This document shows, piece by piece, positions 26,704 through 39,024 of a DNA stretch of 64,000 bases. The notes below the pieces were generated by a model, which was not told the origin of the DNA, made no database searches, and saw nothing but the letters and a program-made list of their open reading frames with translations. Position 1 is the first letter of the stretch; each line of letters starts with the position of its first letter. The position numbers and the translations under genes were made by a program. The DNA comes from Candidatus Latescibacterota bacterium (lineage in GTDB: Bacteria; Latescibacterota; UBA2968; UBA8231): assembly GCA_965248355.1 (NCBI GenBank), contig OZ252098.1, forward strand, positions 2,240,001 through 2,304,000, written 5' to 3'.

Positions 26704-28107
26704 CTATGTCGAATTCCTTAGGTCCCTCATCTCCCCCACCCCCGCCGCTGCTTCCCTCACCACCTCTGACAGGCTCGGATGCGCATGCACCGTGCGCGCC
26801 AGGTCCTCGGCGCTGGCCCCGAACTCCAACGCCACCACCGCCTCGGCGATCAGATGCGAGGCCTGGGCCCCGAGGATGTGCACGCCCAAAAGGCGGTCGC
26901 CGCCGGCCTCGGCCACCACCTTGGCAAAGCCCTCGAGGGCGTTCATGGTGTGGGCCCGGGCGTTGGCGCGGAAGGAACAGCGGCCGGTGCGCACCTCGTG
27001 GCCGGCTTCGCGGGCCTGTTCCTCGGTGAGGCCCACGGAGGCGACCTCCGGGTGGGTGTACACCACGTTGGGGATGGCCCCGTAGTTGACGCTCGATCCC
27101 AGGCCGGCCATGCGCTCCACGGCGGCCACGCCCTCGGCCTCGGCCTTGTGGGCCAGCATCGGTCCGGGGGTGACGTCGCCGATGGCGTAGATCCCGTCGA
27201 CGCTGGTGCGGTAGTCCTCGTCGACGGTGACGAAGCCGGAGCGGTCGCGGTCGACGCCCGCCTCCTCCAGGCCGAGTCCCTCCGTGTGCGGGCGGCGGCC
27301 CACGGCCACGAGCACGTAGTCGCACTCGACGGTGGAGGTCCTTTCGCCCTTCCTGGCCTCCAGGTGCAGGCGCACGCCGGAGTCGCAGGTCTCGGCGCCG
27401 GTGGCCCGCGTCGACAGGTGGAACTTCAGGCCCTGGCGCTTCAGGGTGCGCTCCAACTGCCGGGAGATCTCGCCGTCGGCGCCCGGAAGCACCGCATCCA
27501 GGTACTCCACCACCTCCACGGCGGCGCCGAGGCGACTCCAGACCGAGCCCATCTCCAGGCCGATGGCGCCGGCGCCGATGACGGCCATGCGCGCGGGCAC
27601 GGCTTCGAGGGACAGGGCCTCCTGCGAGCTGAGGATGCGCTGCCCGTCGAAGGGCAGGTCGGGCAGCTCCACGGGCGAGGATCCGGTGGCCAGCAGCACG
27701 CGGCCGGCCTCGATCAGGCCGGCGCCTTCCACCGAGACCCGGCCGGCCGCCGCGAGACGGGCCTCGCCCTCCACGTACTCGACGCCCTTGCTCTTGAAGA
27801 GGCTGGCCACGCCCTTGGTCATGCGGCCGACGATGGCCTGCTTGTGCTTCATCATCGCCGCCAGGTCGAGGCGCAGGTCGCCGGCGAGGATGCCGTGGTC
27901 GTCGAGGCCCTCCTTCAGCTCCGCCCAGCGGTGGCTGGCCTCGAGCAGGGCCTTGCTCGGGATGCAGCCCGCCTGCAGGCAGGTTCCCCCGAGCCAGCCG
28001 CGGTCGACGCAGACCACCTTCAGGCCCAGGTCGGCGGCTCTCGCCGCCGCCGCGTACCCGCCGGGACCGGCGCCGATGACGACGAGGTCGCAGGAGCGGC
28101 CGGCCAC
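26704..28107 (-). CDS. lpdA: Dihydrolipoyl dehydrogenase (E3)
   Basis: GAGPGG, GGTCLQAGCIPSK, GAGAIG, LAHKA, HAHPSLSE. Confidence 0.95.
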   Translation of the reverse strand: MAGRSCDLVVIGAGPGGYAAAARAADLGLKVVCVDRGWLGGTCLQAGCIPSKALLEASHRWAELKEGLDDHGILAGDLRLDLAAMMKHKQAIVGRMTKGVASLFKSKGVEYVEGEARLAAAGRVSVEGAGLIEAGRVLLATGSSPVELPDLPFDGQRILSSQEALSLEAVPARMAVIGAGAIGLEMGSVWSRLGAAVEVVEYLDAVLPGADGEISRQLERTLKRQGLKFHLSTRATGAETCDSGVRLHLEARKGERTSTVECDYVLVAVGRRPHTEGLGLEEAGVDRDRSGFVTVDEDYRTSVDGIYAIGDVTPGPMLAHKAEAEGVAAVERMAGLGSSVNYGAIPNVVYTHPEVASVGLTEEQAREAGHEVRTGRCSFRANARAHTMNALEGFAKVVAEAGGDRLLGVHILGAQASHLIAEAVVALEFGASAEDLARTVHAHPSLSEVVREAAAGVGEMRDLRNST

Positions 28108-28109
28108 GG

Positions 28110-29453
28110 TCAGATCTCCAGGGCGAGGCGGGCGGGGTCTTCGAGAAGCTCCTTGACGCGCACCAGGAAGCGCACGGACTGCTCGCCGTCCACGAGGCGG
28201 TGGTCGTAGGTCAGGGCCAGGTACATCATGGGACGGACGACGACCTGGCCGTCGACGGCGACGGGCCGCTCCTTGATGGCGTGCATGCCGAGGATGCCGG
28301 TCTGGGGCGGCGTCAGGATCGGCGTCGACATCATCGAGCCGAAGAGGCCGCCGTTGGTGATGGTGAAGGTCCCCCCCGACAGGTCGTCGAGGGACAGCCC
28401 GCCCTCCCGGGCCCCGGCGGCGAGACGCTTGATCCCGGCCTCGATGCCGGCCATGGACAGGCTCTCGGCGCCGCGCACCACGGGCACCAGCAGGCCGCGC
28501 TCGGTGGAGACGGCGATGCCGAGGTTGACGAAGTCCTGGTAGACGACGTCGTCCCCCTCGATGCGGGCGTTGAGGGCGGGGATCTCGCGCAGGGCGATGA
28601 CGGAGGCCCGCGAGAAGAAGGACATGAGCCCGAGGGAGACGCCGTGCTTCTGCTGGAAGCGCTCCTTGTGGCGCGCCCGCAGGGCCGCAACCTCGGCCAG
28701 GTCGACCTCGTTGAAGGTGGTCAGCATGGCCGCCACCCGCTGCGCCTCGGTGAGCCGCTGGGCGATGCGCTTGCGGATGCGGGACATGGGCTCGCGGCGC
28801 TCGCCGGCGGACTCTGCGGCCGGAGCGGGACTCGGCGGTAGCGCGGGCTTCTCCTGCCGGGGCGCGGGGGGTGCCGCAGCGGGTGCGGGCACAGTCTCGG
28901 CGGGACCGCCTCCCTCGGTGGGACCGCCGTCCCCTGCGGCCTCGCGGTCCTTCAGATAGTCCAGCACGTCCTGCTTGATCAGCCTTCCGCCGCGGCCGCT
29001 ACCCTCGACGCGGGACGGATCGACGCCGCTCTCCTGCACCAGGCGGCGCACCGCCGGGCTCAGCGCGGACGGGCGCGGCGCCGGTGGACCGGTGACGCCA
29101 GCGGCGGGGCTCAGCGCCGGCGGCTCCGAAGGCGATTCCGCCGGAGGCGCCGAGTCGGCGTCCGGCGCGGGCGCCTCGGCGGACGCCCCCGCCTCGGCCT
29201 CGCCTTCGGACGGCCGCTCCCCTTCCTCGATGCGGGCGATCACGTCCCCCACGGCGATCCCCTCATCCACCTGCTTCAGGGGATGCAGCACGCCGGCCGC
29301 CGGGGCCGGCAGGTCGACGTTGGCCTTGTCCGTCTCCAGCACGCAGATCGGCTCCCCCTTCTCCACGTACTCGCCGCCGGACTTGAGCCATTCCACGAGG
29401 ATGGCCTCGCTGATCGATTCCCCCATCTCCGGCACGCCGACGTCGATTGCCAT
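28110..29453 (-). CDS. sucB: 2-oxoglutarate dehydrogenase E2 (succinyltransferase)
   Basis: Lipoyl ETDKA, E3-binding [27 protein letters not shown]. Confidence 0.95.
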   Translation of the reverse strand: MAIDVGVPEMGESISEAILVEWLKSGGEYVEKGEPICVLETDKANVDLPAPAAGVLHPLKQVDEGIAVGDVIARIEEGERPSEGEAEAGASAEAPAPDADSAPPAESPSEPPALSPAAGVTGPPAPRPSALSPAVRRLVQESGVDPSRVEGSGRGGRLIKQDVLDYLKDREAAGDGGPTEGGGPAETVPAPAAAPPAPRQEKPALPPSPAPAAESAGERREPMSRIRKRIAQRLTEAQRVAAMLTTFNEVDLAEVAALRARHKERFQQKHGVSLGLMSFFSRASVIALREIPALNARIEGDDVVYQDFVNLGIAVSTERGLLVPVVRGAESLSMAGIEAGIKRLAAGAREGGLSLDDLSGGTFTITNGGLFGSMMSTPILTPPQTGILGMHAIKERPVAVDGQVVVRPMMYLALTYDHRLVDGEQSVRFLVRVKELLEDPARLALEI

Positions 29454-32380
29454 CAGCTGCCGCCGTCGGAGCCCGCGGCCCTCTTGGCCGACGGGGCCGC
29501 GTCGATGCGCAACTCCTTGCCGGGGTCGAGGGCCTGCTCGACGATCTCGTGCTGCTCGCTCTGGTGCTGCCCGGCGTCGCCCACGGCCGGGCTGGCCGCC
29601 TCGTCCCGGCCGACGTAGCCCAGCTCCGCCGACGCCGGCAGCAACTCGTCGATGAGGGGCTGCACGAAGTACCAGGCGCCCATGTTCAGGGCCTCCTCCT
29701 GCACCCACAGGAACTCCTCGGCCCTGGGGTAGCGGCCGATCGCCTCGGCCACCTGGGCCTCGGGGAAGGGGTAGAGCTGCTCGAGGCGCACCACGGCGAC
29801 CTCGGCGAGCCCCTTCTCCTCGCGCCGGGCGAGCAGGTCGTAGTAGATCTTGCCCGTGCACAGGATGAGGCGGCGGATCCCATCCGGCTCGGGGGTCTCG
29901 TCGTCGATGACGTTGCGGAAACCGCCGGCGGCCAGCTCGTCGATGTCGGAGACGCAGCTCTTGTGGCGCAACAGGCTCTTGGGGGTCATGACCACCAGGG
30001 GCTTGCGGAAGTTGCGGTGCATCTGCCGGCGCAGGACGTGGAAGAGCTGTCCCGGGGTGGTGGGATGGACGACCTGCATGTTGTTCTTGGCGCACAGCTG
30101 CAGGTAGCGCTCCAGGCGGGCGCTGGAGTGCTCGGGCCCCATGCCTTCGTAGCCGTGGGGCAGCAGCAGGACGAGGCCGCACATGCGGTGCCACTTGGCC
30201 TCGGCGCTGGAGATGTACTGGTCGATGACGAGCTGGGCGCCGTTGGCGAAGTCCCCGAACTGCGCCTCCCACATGACCAGGCGCCGGGGATCGGCGGAGC
30301 TGAGACCGTACTCGAAGCCGAGGACGGCCAGCTCGGAGAGCATGGTGTTGAGGACGACGAACTCCCCCTGGCGGGGAGACAGGTGCGCCAGCGGCGCGTG
30401 CCGGGCGCCGGTCTCGACGTCGTGCCAGACGGCGTGGCGGTGGGCGAAGGTGCCGCGCTGGGCGTCCTGGCCGGCGAGCCGCACGGGCACGCGCTCGAGC
30501 AGGAGACTGCCCCAGGCGAGCATCTCGGCGCCGCCCCAGTCGACGGGACGGTCGCCGGCGGCCATCTCCCGGCGGGCGGCGTTGACGCGCTCCACGGTGC
30601 GGTGCACCTGGAACCCTTCGGGCACCCGGGCGGCGAGCTCGCCGATCCGCTTGAGGGTGCGGCGGCTGACGCCGGTCTCGGCGTCCCCGTCGGGACCGGC
30701 CCAGGTCATGCCCTGCCAGATGCCGCCGAAGGTGTTGGTCCGCGGCTTCACCTTCAGGCGCCGGGCCTTCTCCTGGCAGCGATCCAGGGCCTCGCGCACG
30801 TGGACCCGCATCTCGTCCACCTCGTCGGCGGTGACCACGCCGGCCTCGGTCAGCTGCGCCGCGTAGAGGGCCGCCGCCGTGGGATGGCCGGCGATCTTCC
30901 GGTACATGCGCGGCGAGGTCAGCGTGGGGTCGTCGGCCTCGTTGTGACCGTAGCGCCGGTAGCACTTGAGGTCGATGAGGACGTCGCGCTTGAACTCCTG
31001 CCGGAAGCCGAGGGCCAGACGCGCGGCGTGCACCACCTGCTCCGGGTCGTCGGCGTTGACGTGGAAGACCGGGGCCTGGATCTGGCGGGCGATGTCGGTG
31101 GGGTACTGGGTGAACCGCGTCTCCCGGGGGGTGGCCGTGTAGCCCAGCTGGTTGTCGATGATGACGTGGATGGTGCCGCCGTTCCAGTAACCCTCCAGCT
31201 GGGCCAGGTTCAGGGTCTCGGCCACCGTGCCCTGGCCGGTGAAGGCGGCCTCCCCGTGGATCTGCAGGGGCGCCACGCGGCCCCGCTCCCGGTCCTGCAG
31301 GTAGTCCTGCTTGGCCAGCACCATGCCCTCGATGACCGGGTTGACCAGCTCCAGGTGGCTTGGGTTGGGGCTCAGGGAGAGGTGCATCTTGCGGCCGTGG
31401 GAGGTGACGAAGTCGTAGGAGTAGCCCTGGTGGTACTTGACGTCGCCCTCGTCCTCGGCCCCCTCCCCGCGGGAAGCGCCCTCGAAGTCGGCGAGGATCA
31501 CCTCGTAGGGCTTGTGCAGGATGTGGGCGAGCACGTTGAGCCGCCCGCGGTGGGCCATGCCGATGACCATCTCCTCGACGCCGAGGCCGCTGCCGCTCTC
31601 GACGAGGGCGTCCAGGAGGGGGAGCAGGGCGTCGCCGCCCTCGATGGAGAACCGCTTCTGGCCCACGTAGCGCGTGTGCAGGAAGCGCTCGAACTCCTCG
31701 GCCTCGATCAGCAGGAACAGGATGCGCCGGCGCTCCTCCGGTGAGTAGTCCAGGCGGCCGAGGATGGGCTCGACGCGCTCCTCGAGCCAGGCCTCCTGGT
31801 CCTTGTCGGAGGTCGACATGGTGTCGACGCCGAGGCTGCCGCAGTAGGTCCGGCGCAACTGGCGGATCAAGCCGGCGAGGGTGCCGTCGGTGTCGTGGCG
31901 GAAGGTGCTGGCGCCGGCGCCCTTCTCCAGGTCCTCCTCGGTGAGGCCGAACTCCGACAGCTCCAGCAGCGGATGGGAGACGGGGTCCTCGCCGAGCGGG
32001 TCGAGGCGGGCGATGTAGTGGCCCCACTGGCGGTAGGCGCGCACCAGGGCGATCACGTCCCTGTCGCAGCGTTCCGGGTGCTCGGCGGGCTCGACGACGG
32101 CCGGCGCCGACGCGGGCTCGGGCGGCAGCGGGACAGGCTCGGGCGGCAGCGGGACGGGCTCGGGCGCCTGCGCGGCGGGCTCCGGAGCGCGGCTCGTGGG
32201 CGGCGCCGCAGGGGTGGAGTCCTCTCCCTCGTCCTCTTCCTCGGCCCGCAGGTACCCGTAGTCGAACCCTCGGAAGAAGGTGGCCCACTCCGGCTCCACC
32301 GAGGCGGGGTCCGCCAGGTAGCGCTGGTAGAGGGCCTCGAGGTAGGCGGCGTTGGAGCTGTTCAGGTCGATGGGAGGCAT
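29453..32380 (-). CDS. sucA: 2-oxoglutarate dehydrogenase E1
   Basis: [47 protein letters not shown]; start MPPIDL at 32380. Confidence 0.96.
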   Translation of the reverse strand: MPPIDLNSSNAAYLEALYQRYLADPASVEPEWATFFRGFDYGYLRAEEEDEGEDSTPAAPPTSRAPEPAAQAPEPVPLPPEPVPLPPEPASAPAVVEPAEHPERCDRDVIALVRAYRQWGHYIARLDPLGEDPVSHPLLELSEFGLTEEDLEKGAGASTFRHDTDGTLAGLIRQLRRTYCGSLGVDTMSTSDKDQEAWLEERVEPILGRLDYSPEERRRILFLLIEAEEFERFLHTRYVGQKRFSIEGGDALLPLLDALVESGSGLGVEEMVIGMAHRGRLNVLAHILHKPYEVILADFEGASRGEGAEDEGDVKYHQGYSYDFVTSHGRKMHLSLSPNPSHLELVNPVIEGMVLAKQDYLQDRERGRVAPLQIHGEAAFTGQGTVAETLNLAQLEGYWNGGTIHVIIDNQLGYTATPRETRFTQYPTDIARQIQAPVFHVNADDPEQVVHAARLALGFRQEFKRDVLIDLKCYRRYGHNEADDPTLTSPRMYRKIAGHPTAAALYAAQLTEAGVVTADEVDEMRVHVREALDRCQEKARRLKVKPRTNTFGGIWQGMTWAGPDGDAETGVSRRTLKRIGELAARVPEGFQVHRTVERVNAARREMAAGDRPVDWGGAEMLAWGSLLLERVPVRLAGQDAQRGTFAHRHAVWHDVETGARHAPLAHLSPRQGEFVVLNTMLSELAVLGFEYGLSSADPRRLVMWEAQFGDFANGAQLVIDQYISSAEAKWHRMCGLVLLLPHGYEGMGPEHSSARLERYLQLCAKNNMQVVHPTTPGQLFHVLRRQMHRNFRKPLVVMTPKSLLRHKSCVSDIDELAAGGFRNVIDDETPEPDGIRRLILCTGKIYYDLLARREEKGLAEVAVVRLEQLYPFPEAQVAEAIGRYPRAEEFLWVQEEALNMGAWYFVQPLIDELLPASAELGYVGRDEAASPAVGDAGQHQSEQHEIVEQALDPGKELRIDAAPSAKRAAGSDGGS
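32114..32166. repeat. 21-bp tandem repeat (~2.5 copies) encoding the PEPVPLP linker in SucA
   Basis: (G/A)GGCTCGGGCGGCAGCGGGAC repeated. Confidence 0.85.
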
Positions 32381-32488
32381 GGCCGGTGAAGATCGTTTCG
32401 CGCGGGGCTCGCGACGAGCGTAACTGCAAGCAGAATCTGGAAGATACTGGGCCGCCGGAATGCGGTAAAGAGCGCTCCTTCCGGCGCC

Positions 32489-32517
32489 TTGAGCCCATCC
32501 GCCGCCCCCCGTAGCTT
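32489..32517 (+). promoter_or_regulatory. Putative purL promoter
   Basis: TTGAGC-17 nt-TAGCTT. Confidence 0.45.
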
Positions 32518-32560
32518 CTGGGCTCGCCTCCCCCGCCCGCCTCCCCGCCCGGGACCACGG

Positions 32561-35500
32561 ATGCCGCTGCTGTTCTACGACGGCCCGCCGGCGCTGACCG
32601 CCTTCCGGCGCGCGGCCCTGCTCGAGCGCTGCCGCCGCTGCGCCCCCCGGGTGCGCGCCATCGAGGCCCGCTTCCTCTACATGGCCTGGTTCGACGAGCC
32701 GCCCGCGGCCGGGGCCGTCCGCCGCCTGGGCGAGGTCCTGGGGGCCGGGGCGCCGCGCGACTCCCTCGATCTCTCGACCTCCTGCCTGCTCGTGACCCCC
32801 CGTCCGGGGACGATCTCGCCCTGGTCGAGCAAGGCCACCGACATCGCCGCCAACTGCGCCGTCGCCGTGGACCGCCTCGAGCGCGGGACCCTTTACCTCT
32901 TCACGGGCGCCGGCGGCCGGGACCTCGACCCCCTTCGGCCCCTCCTGCACGATCGCATGACTCAAGCCGTGGTCGACGACCCCGAGAGCCTCTTCCGGCG
33001 CCTCGAGCCCCGTCCCCTGCAGACCGTGCCCCTCGTCCGCGACGGGCGCGCGGCCCTGGAGGACGCCGACGCCCGCTGGGGCCTGGCCCTGTCCGCCGAG
33101 GAAATCGACTACCTGGCCGACACCTACCTCCGACTCGGCCGCGACCCCACCGACGTGGAGCTGGTGATGTTCGCCAACGTCAACTCCGAGCACTGCCGGC
33201 ACAAGATCTTCAACGCCTCCTGGGTCGTCGACGGGGTCCCGCAGGAGCGCTCCCTCTTCGACATGATCCGCCACACCCACGCCCGCCACCCCGAGCACAC
33301 GATCAAGGCCTACTCCGACAACTCCGGGGTCATCGAGGGCTTCGCCGCCGAGGTCTTCCGTCCCGACGGGGGCCGCTTTCGATACCGTTACCACGAGAGA
33401 CGGACCCACATCGTGTGCAAGGTGGAGACCCACAACCACCCCACGGCGATCTCCCCCTGGCCCGGGGCCTCCACCGGCGTCGGCGGGGAGATCCGCGACG
33501 AGGGCGCCACCGGCGCCGGCGCCCGCTCCCAGGCGGGGCTGTGCGCGTTCTGCGTCTCCCACCTGCGCATCCCCGGCTGGGAGCAGCCATGGGAGACCGC
33601 CGCGGCCGAGCCACCCGCGCGGCTGGCCACGCCCCTGCAGATCATGACCGAGGGCCCCCTCGGGGGCGCCGCCTTCGGCAACGAGTTCGGCCGGCCCAAC
33701 GTGCTCGGCCTGTTCCGCACCTTCGAGCAGGTCGTCGACGGCCGCCACCGCGGCTATCACAAGCCGATCATGGTCGCCGGCGGCAGCGGCCTCATCGACG
33801 CGGCCCAGGTGGACAAGGCCGGTCCCGAGGCCGGCGACGCGGTGGTCCAGATCGGGGGTCCCGCCCTGCTCATCGGCCTCGGCGGCAGCTACGCCTCCTC
33901 CATGGACACGGGCCGCAACCTCGAGGAGTTGGACTTCGCCTCCGTGCAGCGCGACAACCCCGAGATGCAGCGCCGCTGCCAGGAGCTGATCGACCGTTGC
34001 GCCGCCCTCGGGGACGAGAACCCGATCCGCGCCATCCACGACGTCGGCGCCGGGGGCCTGTCCAACGCCTGCCCCGAGCTGGTGGAGGGCGCCGGCGCCG
34101 TCTTCGACCTGCGCGCCATCCCCAACGACGAGCCGGGCATGAGCCCCATGGAGCTGTGGAGCAACGAGGCCCAGGAGCGCTTCGTGCTCGTCGTCGGCGC
34201 CGGCCGCCTGGAGCGGTTCCGCGAGATCGCCGGCCGCGAGCGCTGCCCCATCGCCGTCATCGGGCGGGTCACCGGCGACGGGCGCCTCACCCTGGAAGAC
34301 CCGCTCTTCGGCAACCGCCCCGTGGACGGGCTGCCCCTCGAGGCCATCCTCGGCAAGCCGCCGCGAATGGTGCGCCGCGTCAGCCGGCGGAAGGGACGCG
34401 GCGGCGACCTCCCCCTCCATGACGTCGATCTCGCCGAGGCGGCCGGGCGCCTGCTGCGCTTCCCGGCGGTGGCCGCCAAGACCTTCCTCATCACCATCGC
34501 CGACCGCACCGTGGGCGGGTCCATCGCCCGCGACCAGATGGTGGGCCGCTGGCAGGTGCCGGTCTCCGACTGCGCCGCCACCCTCACCGGGTTCCGCGGC
34601 CACACGGGCGCCGTCATGGCCATGGGCGAGCGCACCCCGGTGGCGGTGATCGACGGTCCGGCGGCGGCGCGCCTGGCCGTGGCCGAGGCGGTGACCAACC
34701 TCGCCGCGGCGCCGGTGGGCGCCATGGAGAAGGTCAAGCTGTCGGCCAACTGGATGTGCGCCTGCGGCGAGGAAGGGGAGGACGCGGCCCTCTTCGACAC
34801 GGTGCGGGCCGTGGGCCTGGAGTTCTGCCCCGCCCTCGGGGTCTCGATCCCGGTGGGCAAGGACAGCCTCTCCATGCGCGCCGTGTGGAGCGACAGCGCC
34901 GGCGAGGAGCACACGGTGGCGGCGCCCCTGAGCCTGGTGGTCTCCGCCTTCGCGCCGGTCACCGACGTGCGCCGCATCGTCACCCCGGAGCTGAAGCCGG
35001 AGGCGGACACGCGGCTCCTGCTCGTCGATCTCGGCCGCGGCCTCGACCGCCTCGGCGGCTCCTGCCTCGCCCAGGTGTACGGCCGCCTCGGCGAGGAGGT
35101 CCCCGACGTGGAGCCGGCTGACGTGCGCGGACTCTTCACCGCCCTCCAGCGGCTCCTCGCCGAGGGACTCCTGCTGGCCTGCCACGACCGCTCCGACGGG
35201 GGCCTCTTCGTCTGCGCCGCGGAGATGGCCTTCGCCGGAAGGCGGGGCGTGCGCCTGCGCCTGGCCGGCGGGGCCGATCCCCTGCCGGCGCTGTTCAGCG
35301 AGGAGATCGGCGTCCTGATCCAGGTGCGCGCCGCCCATGTGGAGCGCGTGCGGGAGGAGTTCGCCGCCCACGGGCTCGGCGGGTGCGTCCACGACGTGGG
35401 GTCTCCGGTCGAGGCCGACGCCTTCGAGGTCTGCCTGGGGGAGGCGGAGGATCTGATCTACAGGGAGGACCTGGGCGCGCTTCACCAGTCCTGGTCGGAG

Positions 35501-36418
35501 CTGAGCTACCGAATGGCGGACCAGCGCGACGATCCGGACTGCGCCCGCGAGGAGTACGAGGCCCTCGCCGACCGCGCCGACCCCGGGTTGACCTGCCGCG
35601 TCCCCTTCGAGTTCGGCGCCCCCGCCGCCGTCGACTCGCGGCCCCCCGTGGCCATCCTGCGCGAGCAGGGCGTCAACGGCCAGGTGGAGATGGCCGCCGC
35701 CTTCGACGCCGCCGGCTGCCGCTCCGTGGACGTGACCATGACCGACCTGCTCGCCGGGCGAGCCGACTTGGCGGGGTTCGCCGGCCTGGCGGCCTGCGGC
35801 GGCTTCAGCTACGGCGACGTCCTCGGCGCCGGCGCCGGCTGGGCCCGCACCATCCTCTTCCACGACGGCCTGCGCCGGATGTTCGAGGCCTTCTTCGCCC
35901 GGGGGGACACCTTCGCCCTCGGCGTCTGCAACGGCTGCCAGATGCTGTCGCTGCTCTCCGAGCTGATCCCCGGCGCCGAGGGCTGGCCGCGCTTCACGGG
36001 CAACCGCTCCGGCCAGTTCGAGGCCCGGCTGTCGGCCGTGGAGATCCTGCCCTCGACCTCGGTGCTGCTGCGCGGCATGGAAGGCGCCCGCCTGCCCGTG
36101 CCCGTGGCCCACGGCGAGGGCCGCGCCGAGTTCGGGGATCCCGCCGACCTGGGGCGCCTGGCCTCCGGAAGCCGCGTCAGCGCCCGCTTCGTCGACGGCC
36201 GCGGGGCCGTGGCCGCCGCCTATCCGGCCAACCCGAACGGCTCGCCCGAGGGCGTCACCGCCCTGTCCAGCGCCGACGGCCGGGTGACGATCATGATGCC
36301 TCACCCCGAGCGCGTCTTCCGCGTCGTGCAGCTGAGCTGGCGCCCCCCGGAGTGGGAGGACCGCGAGTTCAGCCCCTGGCTCAAGATGTTCGAAAACGCC
36401 AAGGAGTTCGCCTTATGA
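32561..36418 (+). CDS. purL: Phosphoribosylformylglycinamidine synthase, single-chain large form
   Basis: [49 protein letters not shown]. Confidence 0.97.
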   Translation: MPLLFYDGPPALTAFRRAALLERCRRCAPRVRAIEARFLYMAWFDEPPAAGAVRRLGEVLGAGAPRDSLDLSTSCLLVTPRPGTISPWSSKATDIAANCAVAVDRLERGTLYLFTGAGGRDLDPLRPLLHDRMTQAVVDDPESLFRRLEPRPLQTVPLVRDGRAALEDADARWGLALSAEEIDYLADTYLRLGRDPTDVELVMFANVNSEHCRHKIFNASWVVDGVPQERSLFDMIRHTHARHPEHTIKAYSDNSGVIEGFAAEVFRPDGGRFRYRYHERRTHIVCKVETHNHPTAISPWPGASTGVGGEIRDEGATGAGARSQAGLCAFCVSHLRIPGWEQPWETAAAEPPARLATPLQIMTEGPLGGAAFGNEFGRPNVLGLFRTFEQVVDGRHRGYHKPIMVAGGSGLIDAAQVDKAGPEAGDAVVQIGGPALLIGLGGSYASSMDTGRNLEELDFASVQRDNPEMQRRCQELIDRCAALGDENPIRAIHDVGAGGLSNACPELVEGAGAVFDLRAIPNDEPGMSPMELWSNEAQERFVLVVGAGRLERFREIAGRERCPIAVIGRVTGDGRLTLEDPLFGNRPVDGLPLEAILGKPPRMVRRVSRRKGRGGDLPLHDVDLAEAAGRLLRFPAVAAKTFLITIADRTVGGSIARDQMVGRWQVPVSDCAATLTGFRGHTGAVMAMGERTPVAVIDGPAAARLAVAEAVTNLAAAPVGAMEKVKLSANWMCACGEEGEDAALFDTVRAVGLEFCPALGVSIPVGKDSLSMRAVWSDSAGEEHTVAAPLSLVVSAFAPVTDVRRIVTPELKPEADTRLLLVDLGRGLDRLGGSCLAQVYGRLGEEVPDVEPADVRGLFTALQRLLAEGLLLACHDRSDGGLFVCAAEMAFAGRRGVRLRLAGGADPLPALFSEEIGVLIQVRAAHVERVREEFAAHGLGGCVHDVGSPVEADAFEVCLGEAEDLIYREDLGALHQSWSELSYRMADQRDDPDCAREEYEALADRADPGLTCRVPFEFGAPAAVDSRPPVAILREQGVNGQVEMAAAFDAAGCRSVDVTMTDLLAGRADLAGFAGLAACGGFSYGDVLGAGAGWARTILFHDGLRRMFEAFFARGDTFALGVCNGCQMLSLLSELIPGAEGWPRFTGNRSGQFEARLSAVEILPSTSVLLRGMEGARLPVPVAHGEGRAEFGDPADLGRLASGSRVSARFVDGRGAVAAAYPANPNGSPEGVTALSSADGRVTIMMPHPERVFRVVQLSWRPPEWEDREFSPWLKMFENAKEFAL

Positions 36419-37398
36419 CCGATTCCATCCGCTGGGGCATCCTGGCCACCGGCCGCATCGCCGGCCAGTTCGCCCGCGGCCTGGCCGATGCCGGCTCCAT
36501 TCTCGCCGCCGTGGGCTCGCGCCGGCAGGAGACGGCCGATGCCTTCGGCGACCAGTTCCAGATCCCGAGGCGCCACGCCTCGTACGAGGCCCTGGCCGCC
36601 GACCCGGAGGTGGACGTGGTCTACGTCTCCTCCCCTCACCCCATGCACTGCGAGAACAGCCTCCTCCTGCTGGAGCACGGCAAGGCGGTCCTGTGCGAGA
36701 AGCCCTTCACCATCAACGCCGGCGAGGCCCGGCGGGTGATCCAGGCGGCGCGCCGGCGGGAGCTGTTCCTCATGGAGGCCATGTGGGCGCGCTTCATCCC
36801 CGCCGTGGCCCGCGCCCGGGAGCTGATCGCCGAGGGCGCCATCGGCGACCCTCGCATGGTGCAGGCCGACTTCGGCTTCCGCGCCGGCGTCAACCCCGAG
36901 GGGCGGCTCTTCAACCTCGACCTCGGGGGCGGCGCCCTGCTCGACATCGGCATCTACGTCCTCTCCCTGGCGAGCATGGTCCTCGGCCCCCATCCGGAGG
37001 ACGTGGCCTCCACCGCCCACCTCGGGGAGACCGGCGTCGACGAGCAGTCGGGGATGCTGCTGCGCTACCCGGGGGGCGAGCTGGCCGTGCTCAGCTGCGC
37101 CGTGCGCACCCGCACCCCGGCCGAGGCGCGCATCTTCGGCACCGAGGGTTCCCTGCTGCTGCACAGCCCCTTCTTCAAGTGCTCGACCCTCACCCTCAAG
37201 CGGGGCGAGGAGGAGGAGCGCCTGGAGCTGCCCGTGGAGGGCAACGGCTACAACTACCAGGCCCTGGAGGTCGAACGCTGCCTGCGCGAGGGGCGGGTGG
37301 AGAGCGAGACCATGCCTCTCGACGAGAGCCTGGCGCTGATGGAGCTGATGGACCGCATGCGGGCCCAGTGGGGGCTCGTCTACCCGACGGAGAGATGA
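36415..37398 (+). CDS. Gfo/Idh/MocA oxidoreductase
   Basis: WGILATGRIA, LCEKP, MEAMW, GGGALLDIGIY. Confidence 0.92.
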   Translation: MTDSIRWGILATGRIAGQFARGLADAGSILAAVGSRRQETADAFGDQFQIPRRHASYEALAADPEVDVVYVSSPHPMHCENSLLLLEHGKAVLCEKPFTINAGEARRVIQAARRRELFLMEAMWARFIPAVARARELIAEGAIGDPRMVQADFGFRAGVNPEGRLFNLDLGGGALLDIGIYVLSLASMVLGPHPEDVASTAHLGETGVDEQSGMLLRYPGGELAVLSCAVRTRTPAEARIFGTEGSLLLHSPFFKCSTLTLKRGEEEERLELPVEGNGYNYQALEVERCLREGRVESETMPLDESLALMELMDRMRAQWGLVYPTER

Positions 37399-38369
37399 TG
37401 GAATACGGACGGCCGGCCTGGACCGCCAAGAAGGTCTCCCGCATCGTGCAGGGCACGATCATGCTGCGCCAGGATGCGCAGGAAGAGGGCTTCGAGCTCC
37501 TCGACGCCGTGTGGGCCTCGGGCATCAACGCCTTCGACACGGCCGCCCTCTACGGCGGCGGCACCTGCGAGCGCGTCCTCGGACGGTGGCTGGAGGACCG
37601 CGGCCTGCGCGGCCAGGCCTTCGTCCTCGGCAAGAGCTGCCACCACAACTCCGACCGCCGGCGCGTGACCCCCTTCGACATCGCCTCTGACCTGGCCGAC
37701 TCCCTGGCCCGGCAGCGCCACGGGTACCACGACCTTCACTGCCTCCACCGCGACGACCCGCAGGTCCCCGTGGGACCGATCGTCGAGGCCCTCAACGAGC
37801 ACCTCGACGCCGGCCGCATCCGCGCCTTCGGCGGCTCCAACTGGACGACGCCGCGCCTGGAGGAGGCCAACGAGTACGCCGAGGCCCGGGGCCTGCGCGG
37901 CTTCGTCGCCTCGAGCCCCAACTTCAGCCTCGCCGACGAGAAGGAGGCGCCCTGGGAGGGCTGCCTGAGCATCTCCGGCCCGTCGCGGGCGGCGGACCGG
38001 GAGTGGTACGCGGCCCAGCGGATGCCCCTGTTCACCTGGTCGAGCCTGGGCCGGGGATTCTTCTCGGGACTGCTGACCCGGGCCAACGCCGAGTCCCTGC
38101 GCGACGAGGTCGACGCCTCGAGCGTCGCCTCCTACTGGCACGAGGACAACTGGCGGCGCCTCGACCGCGTCCGGCAGCTGGCCGCCGAGAAGGGCTGCCC
38201 CGTGCCCCAGGTGGCCCTCGCCTGGGTGCTGCAGAACCCCGGCCTGGACGTGTACGCCCTCGTCGGCGCCCGCACCGGGGCCGAGTGCCAGGCCAACGCC
38301 GAGGTCTTCGACCTGCCGCTGACGGCGGCGGAGATGGAGTGGCTGGACCTGCGGAGGGAGGAGCGGTGA
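37395..38369 (+). CDS. Aldo/keto reductase
   Basis: FDTAALYG, LHRDD, FGGSNW, QVALAW. Confidence 0.9.
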   Translation: MMEYGRPAWTAKKVSRIVQGTIMLRQDAQEEGFELLDAVWASGINAFDTAALYGGGTCERVLGRWLEDRGLRGQAFVLGKSCHHNSDRRRVTPFDIASDLADSLARQRHGYHDLHCLHRDDPQVPVGPIVEALNEHLDAGRIRAFGGSNWTTPRLEEANEYAEARGLRGFVASSPNFSLADEKEAPWEGCLSISGPSRAADREWYAAQRMPLFTWSSLGRGFFSGLLTRANAESLRDEVDASSVASYWHEDNWRRLDRVRQLAAEKGCPVPQVALAWVLQNPGLDVYALVGARTGAECQANAEVFDLPLTAAEMEWLDLRREER

Positions 38370-38473
38370 TCTTCGGGAGCCGGGCGACTGCCTGGACCGC
38401 AGGAGCTACTCGAAGAGTTGTGGACCCAACCCTTCAACCCGTGCTGCCCACTGCTCAGATAGGCTCGATCGGG

Positions 38474-38501
38474 TTGACCGTGGTCTCGGGCACGGTAGAT
38501 T
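38474..38501 (+). promoter_or_regulatory. Putative promoter of the two-gene low-GC module
   Basis: TTGACC-16 nt-TAGATT. Confidence 0.4.
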
Positions 38502-38571
38502 CGGGCTATGTGGACTCTTGGAGTCGACTGCACAAAACAACATATGGCTGCAAAGCCGGAGGGTTCTTGCG

Positions 38572-39024
38572 ATGAGATCTGTCGATATTGCGGTGTCTGG
38601 TCCAGATGAAGAACTCCAGCTTGTCGTCGAAATCAAACACAAGGTTGGGGCCTCTGCCGAGTGGGTCACCCACCTGCGCAGCAACTTGCTGACTCATTCA
38701 TTCATGCCTCCCGCTCCGTTCTTTCTGCTCGTCCTCCCTGATTTTCTCTATCTGTGGACAGACGCCACGCAGATGGATGAGCTGGCAAAGCCTGCCTATA
38801 GAATCGACTCTGACAAAGTACTGGCACCATACCTCAAGTCGAACCAATCCCTGAACGATCTAAGTGGATATGGACTCGGATTGCTTACGACTTCCTGGTT
38901 GAACGACTTGGTCCGTGCAGATCTTCAACGGGACTCGGTAGGCTCGGATTCCCAATGGCTCTTTGACTCAGGGCTGTACGAAGCAATTGCACACGGGTCC
39001 GTCGAGCTTGAAGCGGCCACATGA
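38572..39024 (+). CDS. Hypothetical protein with PD-(D/E)XK nuclease-like motif
   Basis: VDIAV...LVVEIK; low GC; ATGA-coupled to the PIN gene. Confidence 0.65.
   Translation: MRSVDIAVSGPDEELQLVVEIKHKVGASAEWVTHLRSNLLTHSFMPPAPFFLLVLPDFLYLWTDATQMDELAKPAYRIDSDKVLAPYLKSNQSLNDLSGYGLGLLTTSWLNDLVRADLQRDSVGSDSQWLFDSGLYEAIAHGSVELEAAT

Noticed and set aside
32114..32166. SucA tandem repeat as a phase-variation switch
   Set aside because: The 21-bp unit is in frame and only changes the length of a Pro-rich linker
28110..32558. 1482-aa ORF ending in SucB
   Set aside because: The upstream part is an off-frame shadow of sucA; SucB starts at 29453
29453..36304. 2283-aa minus-strand ORF suggesting a giant SucA fusion
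   Set aside because: The N-terminal ~1300 aa are the stop-free antisense shadow of purL in high-GC DNA; SucA starts at 32380
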